Assembly (NCBI RefSeq): GCF_963676685.1
Contig: NC_092346.1
Span: 47,554,001-47,618,000, forward strand
Reading direction: 5' to 3'
Source: Mytilus edulis
Lineage: Eukaryota
Length of the DNA stretch: 64,000 bases
Positions 27,601-36,899 of this stretch are shown piece after piece (position 1 is the stretch's first letter; every line of letters begins with the position of its first letter). The translations under genes were made by a program, and so were the position numbers. The notes below the pieces were generated by a model. It was not told the DNA's origin and did not search any database. It worked only from the letters and a program-made list of their open reading frames with translations.

Positions 27601-30600
27601 ATTTAATAATGCAGGACTTCTTTAATTAAATCTCCATCTGAATGTAACTACAAGAAATTCTTTACTAAGTCTCGTTCACTACCTTCATCTTGTGAACAAC
27701 AATGCTCTAACTATCTAAAAATCAATGAATTACCAAAAAAAGAACGTTACAAATTGTTTTGTGAATATTCCGATTACATTTAAATAAGTGATTTACCATT
27801 TACATAACATTTTCTCTGTTTGTGTTCAGTATTCTCGGTCCTCATATCTTTCTGTTTACATTCACCAAAACCCCGCGGAAATCGCACATGCGTAGGTGCG
27901 TTCTAAAAGTCATGAACGTTCGTACAACAAAGTTTACATTAAAAATTATATAATTGTCGCGAATAAACAGCTGTCATGGATGCAGAGAGCTATTGGAGAA
28001 ACAATTATTTTAATAAAATATAAATCTTTGTAAGATCTAGTTCCAATATTTATAGCTTTTCACTTGCTTTCCATCACGATATAATTAACGAGACGTTTTT
28101 TCAAACACAATCAAATCACCCACCATAACAGCATTTAGTCCAATCACAGAAAGGATTTTCGAGCATGCGTATTCTGTTGCCATAGTTAAGCGTCCTTTAG
28201 TTCAAAGGGCACAAACCGAAACTATACTAACTACGTCGGAAAAAAAATTAAAATTAGACATCAACATTATGCTTACTTATAATGTATGATAGACAAAAAA
28301 GGATATGATGAATTCATTCATGGTTCACAATAAGTACATGCACAGAATAAAATACAAAACAAGAAAAGGGCACTTTTTATGCTGTTCTTTGTCTCGAAAA
28401 CACTCTGATATCAATGTAGGTTGAAGATTTGAGTGGAAATCGTTGCAACATGACGATCGCGCCATAATTGTTATTCACAGAATTAATACATTGAATAATA
28501 TGAACAAATAAATATGGAAAAAAATCAAACATTTATATATACGCCATACCTTAAAAAAACACGCACGTGAGAGCATGCATCTCACACACGGGGCGACTGT
28601 ATATTTTCACGCTTAGTGCAATGTACGTACATGTATTCATCAATGATAAATTTTCTTTTTTCGTTTTAATCTATCATAAAAGAAAACATTATTGTGCATA
28701 CCTTTATATAATTTCCCTTTTTCTTTTAAGATGCATCCTGTTCTACACTGACAACAAATCAGAAGGTAATATTTAAACAATAGTATGCACTTTATTTGTT
28801 AGACACAAAAAACATGTGTTAAATTACGCAACATTTAAACTGATATCCTGAGTAGATGGTCTCTATCTCACATCTAATTAAAGCATTTAGTCATATTCCT
28901 TTTACTAAGCCGAGTTTTAATAGCAAAATGCATAAAGACCTATTACAAAAAAAAACAATCACTAACGAATTTATTAAACATACTAGTATTGAAAAGATAG
29001 GCAAAAGACACTAGAGAGACATTCAAACTCATCGAAAATAAACTGACAACGCCATGGCGAAAAAAGAAAAGGCCAACAGATAACAAATAGAACACACACA
29101 GAACAAACCATAGTAAGACTAAGCAACACGAACCCAACCAAAACTTGGGTTCATCTCAAGTGCCCTAGAGGGTATCCACATCTTTCTAAAGTATCTGTCA
29201 TATTCACATTTACTAAATCAAAAAGTAAAATCTCAAAAATACTGAACTCCAAGGAAAATTCAAAACAGAAAGTCCCTAATCAAATGACAAAATCAAAGGA
29301 TAAAACACATCAAACCAATCAACATACAGTGTTTGTTCTGCCCGTCAGTACATTTCTTCATAAAATTGCAAAAAATGGTTCATCATTATCATTTGAATGA
29401 TGGAAATGTAAAATTTTCTTGTTAAAAGCAATGATGTTCAGTACCTTTTTAAAAGTTTTGCTCACATTTATATGAAACAATAAAGTTGGAATCTGGTGTA
29501 AATGAATAATCATCGAATATCATAGTTCTGAAGAAGATTATATTTTGATTCATATTTCTCTTATTAAAGAAAACAGTGAAAATGACAGTGCATGCTGATC
29601 AAATTGTTGGTCTTACTTCTCCAAGAACTTCAAACCTCCATACTTGCACTGGTTATATTGGCAATCGAACGGGCGACATCGCAGTTGAAATACAGTTAGC
29701 AGGAAGTGATAATTATCAAACGATCAGTCCAAGTTATATAACCGAAACAGATACAACAGAAAACTGTGAAATTATAAGAGTCCTCAAATTTTGGATCGGA
29801 TTCACTGTGGCTATGTACAATGCAACTATTAGATGTAAAGCAACAAATGGCCTTAAACCTGATGATTCACCAACGTATTCTAACCATGACATGCTTTCTC
29901 TGGTGTCTAGTAAGTAGAAATGTACAGGGAATAAGTTATAAATTGCAACAAATGAAATAGCTAGCTATAAAACAAGGTTTAGTCCACTATTTAAGAAAAC
30001 GCTTGTAACAAGATGTTTTTCGTTCGTTTGATGTGTTTTAGCGTTATATTTTGCTATTTGATCAAGGACTTTTCGTTCTGAATTTTCCTCCGAGTTCAGT
30101 GTTTTTGTGATTTACTCTTTATAAATGCAAGTTAAAAACAAAAAGACAATTTGATTCGTAAAAACAAAGGTCTTATCAAAACCTTTAGATAACACACAGC
30201 AAAAATAGAGCTCTTCCTTGGTTTAGTTTTTCGTAATTTGAATTTCAGTTTAATGAGGTTTCAAAAAAGTTATAATTACAAAAATACCTAACTCCAAGTA
30301 AATTAAAACGGGATGTCTTTATCAGATAGCAACATCATACGCTCAAACACATTAAACAACTGTCATATTCCTGACTTGGTACTTTTATTTTCTTATGTAG
30401 AAAATGGTGGATTAAACTTGCTTTTATAAATTGAAGGTAACTAAACCTTTCACTTTTAAAAGACTGTGCTCCAGACTACAGACATTAACGAACAAGATTG
30501 GTGCTTGAATTACCGTTACATCAAACGAAAATTTAAGCATTCTTAACAATTGAAGATTGTCTTAAAAACGAACATTGTGAGTTCGTTGATCGAGTTTATA

Positions 30601-31042
30601 AACTATTTTGGAACTCAAACAAAATCTGTAGTTTCTGTTTATAGTCGTGATCTTTTGTGTGTTTGTTCGTCTTGTTTTTCATTTTTTTTTACTTGATTTG
30701 TCTAGTTTTCTCTGATAAACTGGTGTAATTGCCCTCTTGTATTTTAACCGTGTTATTACCAAATCTCTCACTAGAAATACTTTGTATTAATATTATACAG
30801 AATATACATTACAATCTATATTTAACTTTCATTATCTTATGTAATGTAAAACTGTAATTGCAGGTGACTTTTGTGACCAAAATTTCAACGGAACTAACAG
30901 ATATATTCACCCAACCAATTGTAGAAGATTTGTAACTTGTGAGGAGAAAGTAACCTACGTGCACGCATGCCCAAGTGATCTTTGTTTTAGTGTTAAAATA
31001 GATAAGTGTGACTGGTGCTTTAATGTTCAGTCATGTACATAA
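15267..31042 (+). CDS. Paralog B: type II transmembrane protein, (Ig-like + CBM14)x2, about 621 aa
   Basis: Exons 15267-15659, 18563-18725 (TM), 19608-19784 (alternative donor 19790; S/T stalk), 21931-21975, 23494-23844 (Ig1), 27083-27265 (CBM1), 28731-28765, 29570-29909 (Ig2), 30864-31042 (CBM2, TAA). All are GT-AG, phases are consistent, and the 1866-nt total is an open frame. Every exon has a homolog in paralog C. AATAAA at 31281. Confidence 0.85.
16587..16960 (+). repeat. Unclassified interspersed repeat (second copy about 19948-20310)
   Basis: Shared CTCCCT.AACGGCT.AAAC...ATCCTAGAAT...TCAAAGGTCAAAA...ACTGGTAACATT.CCAAG.TATGTCTCTATG. Confidence 0.7.
18175..18337. repeat. 33-bp minisatellite, about 5 copies
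   Basis: Unit CATTATTACACAATAGAAAATGCATAGTTTGCA, head-to-tail with no spacers. Confidence 0.95.
18563..18725 (+). CDS. Paralog B exon 2: transmembrane/signal-anchor
   Basis: SSCSRCK-IVAIVMIIVILMTAVGLGVYFPIL-RNNSK. Homologous to 39305-39479. Confidence 0.8.
21197..21678 (-). repeat. Copy of the 1-643 family (decayed hammerhead-like head at about 21594-21640)
   Basis: Reverse complement of most of 1-643. Confidence 0.8.
22153..22337 (-). mobile_element. SINE-like/Penelope-tail fragment
   Basis: Matches 54728-54910 and the reverse complement of 38279-38421. Confidence 0.75.
23494..23844 (+). CDS. Paralog B exon 5: Ig-like domain 1
   Basis: HTCEADIGYPAGDISIEI...DMEKAIIRC. 351 nt, same length as 45954-46304. 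Confidence 0.85.
24028..25201. mobile_element. Probable decayed hAT-like non-autonomous DNA element with nested repeats
   Basis: Starts GGGATGGCAACGAGTACTCGG; reiterated CGAGTACTCG motifs at both ends (24038-24077, 25128-25174). Nested repeat 24510-24640 is also found at 20862-20990. TIR and TSD are not clean. Confidence 0.4.
25550..25775 (-). mobile_element. tRNA-derived SINE (V-domain-like core), degenerate
   Basis: Minus strand: A-box-like TGGTCGATTGGT, B-box GAGTTCGAATCC (25698-25709), core CCGGGCACTCCGGCATCCTCGACCAATAAAAACTGACC. An older copy lies at about 13690-13885. Confidence 0.6.
27083..27265 (+). CDS. Paralog B exon 6: CBM14-like domain 1
   Basis: C...HPTNCHYYIEC...HAC...CF...C..C....C, a peritrophin-A-like pattern. 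Confidence 0.85.
29570..29909 (+). CDS. Paralog B exon 8: Ig-like domain 2
   Basis: Homologous to the A and C exons, 340 nt. Confidence 0.85.
30864..31042 (+). CDS. Paralog B exon 9: CBM14-like domain 2 and stop
   Basis: DFCDQNFNGTNRYIHPTNCRRFVTCEEKVTYVHACPSDLCFSVKIDKCDWCFNVQSCT*. Confidence 0.85.
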
Positions 31043-31455
31043 TGAAACGGTATAATTTTTATTCGTTTCATACAAATTAAAGTTAATTGAATACCATTTG
31101 CAAAAACGTGTACCAGAAAAACGGTATATGTTTAAATATATAATACAGAATTTCGTTAATATAGATATTCAAAACAAGAATGAACAAAATTCTTAGTCGG
31201 TTCTATTTATACATATTAAACGTAAATGATTTAGATACTTGCACATAGTTTGTTTTAACGCTATAAATCATGTTTATTTAAATAAAAATATATAAATTTT
31301 ATTTATAATTATTATTTTTATTTATGAATAACATAAATGATATAAGGCATAATTAGTATCAAAGGTACCAGGATATTTATAATGCCAAATAAGTACAAAG
31401 TTGAAGAGCAATGAAGACCAAAAATTGATTATACTTTAAAACTACTTTAAACTTA

Positions 31456-31623
31456 AGAGATAACTGTATTGTATTTGAAGCTTTAAGGACGTCCATCGGT
31501 AGTTTTACTGTCGCAAATTTAGTTTACCTGGCGACGCGGAGCGGAGACAGGTAAACGGGTATTTGCGACAGTAAAACTACCGATGGACGTCCGCAAAGCT
31601 TCAAATACAATACAGTTATCTCT
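31456..31623. repeat. 168-bp hairpin, probably the end of a non-autonomous element extending to about 32000
   Basis: AGAGATAACTGTATTGTATTTGAAGCTTT...AAAGCTTCAAATACAATACAGTTATCTCT with a GC-rich loop. It is followed by the inverted pair ATTCTAAT (31624)...ATTAGAAT (32000). Confidence 0.8.
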
Positions 31624-32723
31624 ATTCTAATGCAAAACAAGTTCATAATTAAATTTCAATCATAATTTCAGTGTAAAATCTTCATTAAAAAAAATTCCGC
31701 GAAAAAATATTATCTTCTTTGGTCCCTACACTACGCGACGTCATAGGTATGCTTCCGGCGTAAACATAAACAACGGGCGTTTTCTGGCTTCTGTGCCGTT
31801 TCAGAATGTAATAAAATTTGATAAAAAGAAGATTTTTAGGCGCAAGAAGTGAGTTTATTGTTTATTATTGTAGACATAACATGTCAACACATTCCGAAAT
31901 TCAAAATGTCGGCTTCCTTAGTTACAGACAAGGAGATAGAGAATTTTATGCTTGCTGTCATCCAATCAGAACAATTGTTACAAAATAATTGTATTAGAAT
32001 TACATGTTTCCTTTACAGCTATATTTGCTTAAAATGTACCTATAACAATAACAAACGATTGCAAATAATAAGACACGTTTGCACCAAATTTTTCTCATGT
32101 TTCTGTTTATGCTTAATCCTTCAAATGCTAATTTCTTTTAATTTAAATCCAATGGATATTCATCCAGATTCTGTGTCATCCTTGTTCATGTTTACAATAA
32201 TATAAAATAGCAAATTCAGTGTAAAAAGTTCCTTGTTCATAAAACTAACTTGAAAATACCGTTTAAATATTGTAATGTATTACCACTATGTATGGAAATA
32301 TGGTTATCTTTGAAATGCCGTGTCTGTATGTGAACTCCATTATAAAGTAGGACATATGATTATGTTTTCGTGATGTTTGAATACGCTGACACTTGAAATA
32401 CATAGGGACGTTTTATCAGACACCTCTCGTCAGTAATTACCCTGCTTTCAACAAAAATCCGTGCAACAAATCTCTTGGGAAACTGTAGAGAGACAGTTGT
32501 ATGGCTAAATATCTATCAAATATATCCACATGTCTAAGTGGTAATTTAATCTAATTCGACAGAACCTTCCTTATAGCATTTTCGAACCCAATATTACTGG
32601 ACCAGATGCTCATTTACTCTAATGACTTTTCAGTGGTGCGCAAGGCCATTTTTTCAAAGTTCAAAACTAAGTCTCAACATGTCAAATAAACTCATACAAA
32701 TCAGCATTGAAATTATGCATTCG

Positions 32724-32765
32724 TACCAGACCAGCGTTTCGTCTTAAAAAGACTCATCAGTGACA
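32724..32765 (-). ncRNA. Type I minimal hammerhead ribozyme motif (core intact, weak helix I)
   Basis: Minus strand UGUCA-CUGAUGA-GUC-UUUUUAA-GAC-GAAA-C-GCUG-GUC-UGGUA. Confidence 0.6.
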
Positions 32766-34210
32766 ATGGAATCAAATTATATTAAAAAGGCGAAATAAAT
32801 TTCCGTTACCTTCTTGAAATATTCTACTGTACTTTTTTTTAAACTAAAACACAGGCTTTTCGTTGAAAATGGTAATATTTTGGTAATATTTCATATAGAC
32901 GTTGCCCATGAAATATAGAGAATGTGCAAGTATCAACCTCATGGTAAATTGTATGACACAACATGGCTGTAGATGTTTATCTGGTGTTTTATTAGCTCGA
33001 TATTTCTAATCACACTATGTGTCTAAAGTTTCATATTTTGTATTTTTTGTTATGAAATGTATGACATCTTTCTACCAATTCTTAAACTTAATTTGAGTTA
33101 AATACGTTTTTCAAAAGACCTACCTGTCATAATTTCCATATGTTTTATTGCAGTTTCCCCAAATATGAAATACTCTAAGATTAAGGTCAAATGTAAATAA
33201 AATAAGTTACACAGGGAAACATCATTAAGACAATTATGACAGTAGCATTTGTGTTCAAATAAATAGAAAATAAGCATTGATTTTTTGTTCATCATAATGA
33301 AGGAATTTGATTTCAAAAATAAATGATTGGAGAATTGGTTCTCTTTAATTTGTCAAACTATTATTTTCTAATATACAAATTAAATCATTTTAGTCCTACC
33401 GACTTGGGAAATGGCTGTCGATTTTTTATTTAAATTTTATTGAGAGGTTTTTTAACTGTTTAATTTTGTTCTTTGATAAAATAAAATAAACAATCATACA
33501 TCTTTAAAATGTTATTGTTACAATTCAAAATTTTGATATGTGATTCATATTTTAGGTAACGGTTACGAATTATTCGCACAATCAACTAAGTAAACATTAC
33601 GTATAAAACTATGGGATGAGGTAAGATTGCCAATATTACAACTCTTCACTAAAGACCAAAGAACGTAGAAGTTAAAATTCTATGTCACCGTATGGCTTTC
33701 AAAAAAAATAACACATACAGCATTCAAGACAAAAAAAGCCTCGAAAAGACAAACGTTTAATGATTCAAATGAATGACAAATCTAATGGCTTGAATTGTGC
33801 ATAAAACAATCAACAAACGCAAATATGATATATTGCAACAAGCGATACCATTGAATTACAGCCTCCTGACTTATGAACACCACATAACTAAACTTGTGAC
33901 ATTTTCACATCAGCAAAAAACAATAAGACAAATTTACAAAACAGTAAACATAGTACTTATTGGTCATAACATAATAAAGGAAGAATGTCATTGAATGTCA
34001 TAAGTGCAAACATTTAAAAACTTTAGTGTAAGCTCATTGAAAATTAAGGTTTGCATTTATTGGAACAATAAATGAAAAATCGATTAGCATTATCCTTCTA
34101 GTACCGTTTTTTATTTGTATGTATTTAGACATACATTTAATATTAAATGAATTTCTAAACGTTTATGCTTTTGTGCCGGTAAATCCGGTTTATCCCGTTT
34201 TCTACGCAGT

Positions 34211-34431
34211 TTAAGTGGTAAATCGGGACTTTCCCAGGTCAGTTTAGTACGTAGTTTGTACAATTAGTCGAATATCTTTTTTAACATTTCCAATTGTTAA
34301 ATAAGTTGATATTATTAACGATATTGACGTTTAAAACATGATATTGATATAACCTACCATGACAACCTCCTTTTATGGTTTAAAAATATTGTAAATATAC
34401 AAACATTTGAACAAGGAAGTTGACATTTAAA
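34211..34431 (+). promoter_or_regulatory. Putative promoter of paralog C: canonical kB site, CRE-like motif, TATA-like
   Basis: GGGACTTTCC 34225-34234, TGACGTTTA 34325, TTTAAAAAT 34379, AAGGAAGT 34413. Same order and spacing as upstream of B. Confidence 0.6.
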
Positions 34432-36557
34432 TGACAGAATCAAACTTATGCATGATACAATCTACATTGACTCATCGATCCTTTGATTAAACGTATTCTT
34501 AAAGAATAGCAATGTAGTACCCCTGTAAGATCTTTAAATGTTTTTCATCGGCACTTGAATAGATTTTCGTTTTTGTAAAATTAAATACAATATATGTAAT
34601 ACAGTTATGAACTAATAATGTCCTATATCTCGTCAATATTTTGCATTTTATTTTGTTTTGCTCAAACCGTAAATGGAGTCTTTACTTTTCATCCAGGGAA
34701 TGTGTAGTGATTGATTCCATATTTTGAAGGATCATGATTTTTAGAATTTGTTGTTTTTAGATTTGTACAAGCTTTAAGTGGTGAAAAGTAAGAGGGAAAA
34801 AAGAACTCCAAGGAAAGTTCTGAACGGAAAGTCCCTTTTAAAATAGCAAAATCCAAAGCTTTAACACAAAAACCGAATGGAAAACATCTGTAATAATATT
34901 GACTTAGTACAGACATTTGTTTATGATGAAAATGATGGATTAAACAATGTTTTAAGTGACAGTGAGTTCTCTTACGTCGACACTTTGTGTCTTTTGCCAA
35001 TATATTGTTTGTGCTAAATGTCGATATGATCAGTGAAACTTTTCGAACTGATTTATACTTGGTTGTTTTTTCTTTTATTGTGCTGTTATACTACTGTCCG
35101 AGGGGAGAGGAGTGTTGATCGCCAGAAAACAGATTTAAACCCGCCACATTTCATATGTGCCTGTCCAAAGTCAGCAGCCTGTAGTTCGGGAATTTAACAG
35201 ACTTGTTATTAATCTAATATGAACAGCAATTGTGTCTATTGTTTAATTTTGATAAACTATTCTAAAGACATTTTAAAAGCTCTTTCACATATACACGGAT
35301 TTGGTTTTGGTTCTAAATTGTACCTGTAGAATCTCTATTAAAAAGGAATACTGCAAAAAATTCAATTGAAATGTTGTTTACATAATACTCGTTTTCGTAT
35401 TGGTCCTCACATTTGGTCGACACATTTTTTTCGAGCCATACACCATCATGGTATTTTTATGTTGTCAAAAAAAATAATGACGTCTTTATGTTTCAATCAG
35501 AAAATCAGTGTTTATTTATCAGTTGAAATTATACTTTAAATGTGTAACAACAAATACTCTTCAATCAGCATTTATTAATTTTTAAAGAATTTATACTGAC
35601 GATTCAAGACCTTTTATCTTTTTTATTATTTTGGTTCAACATAAACTTCTCACCTTTCTCTGTTTAGTTGAAATATTTGTGTCACCAATACACATTTACC
35701 AACTAGAACTGCTTATAAATCATTCCGATAGACCTTTTGTAATTTTTTTATGTTATAGCATTTGTCATACATTTAATAAGTTAGTTTCAGATGTTGAATT
35801 GCCCATTTCTGCATGTAAAATTTCTTAAAGGTCAGAACAATCCTGAAGAAGTCACAAACTTTGAGGTTGATAAAGGTTGAAAGAAAGGCATATTTTTTTC
35901 ATCTCCGTTTTAAAAGTTATAGAGTTAGTCAGTTTTGGGTATTTCAACTCACAGGTATTAAAAAAACATCGGCTTATGATTGATTTATCTTATCATCATA
36001 ATTTAGATTAAGCTTACAGTGTAAAGGAGTTGAAAAAACTTTGTTCCGCGACTTACATTAAAATGATGATATTTTATGTCATTGCTCATGCCGCGGCACA
36101 GATCCTGAAAACCCAATGACAGCGACTAAGAAACTTATAATTATGATATAACGTTTTACAGAATTGAAACAATCATTTGTATTGCATTTTTCTGCATTTG
36201 TTTTTTTTTTTAAAGTTTTTTGAAAGATAGGTTAGTTGAGAATCTTCCTTTCAATACAACACAATAAACAAAATATACATGTTGTAGATTTAAACATTAA
36301 TTATTACTCGAATTTCAATAGGTATTACAGAAAATAAAACCCACTATGATGGTGTCTCTATATATATGCATTCAAATAATGCATATACCATGAACTATAC
36401 TTATGCAAATCTTTTAACAGTCTTTACTATTATTCTATTTCATATCAAACCGGTAGCATCTTGTTTATTTAATCAAACAAAAGACTTTAAATTGAAATAG
36501 ATATGTTAAAAAAATATTTCAAATCTCGCATAACAGTTAATCAGTTATAGAATTTAT

Positions 36558-36899
36558 ATGGAGCTCCAAGACGAAAAGATGAGTTTCGATGACAGAAATT
36601 TTAGCGCATACCTTAACAGATCATACAGTGACGGGTTTTCTCCGCCTCCTGATATTTGTGGAAAACAGAGGCATTCTAATGGATATTTACACCCTTGTAA
36701 TCGTTATGAAAAGGGTATATCTTCCAACCATGATTATCTCAGTGTACAGGGATCTATCAGAGAAGAATCGCAAGTTGATAAAGTATCAAACAAACCTCCC
36801 GTCACTGATGATGATCGAATATACAATGAAATAGCAGATTCAACAAAACTTAGAACGTCTGGGCAGTCAGACGTCAATTGTTTTGACCAAAAAGAATAT
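36558..36899 (+). CDS. Paralog C coding exon 1: cytoplasmic Tyr-motif tail
   Basis: MELQDEK...NGYLHP...HDYLSVQGS...IYNEIADS...EY|GTAAGT. Confidence 0.85.
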
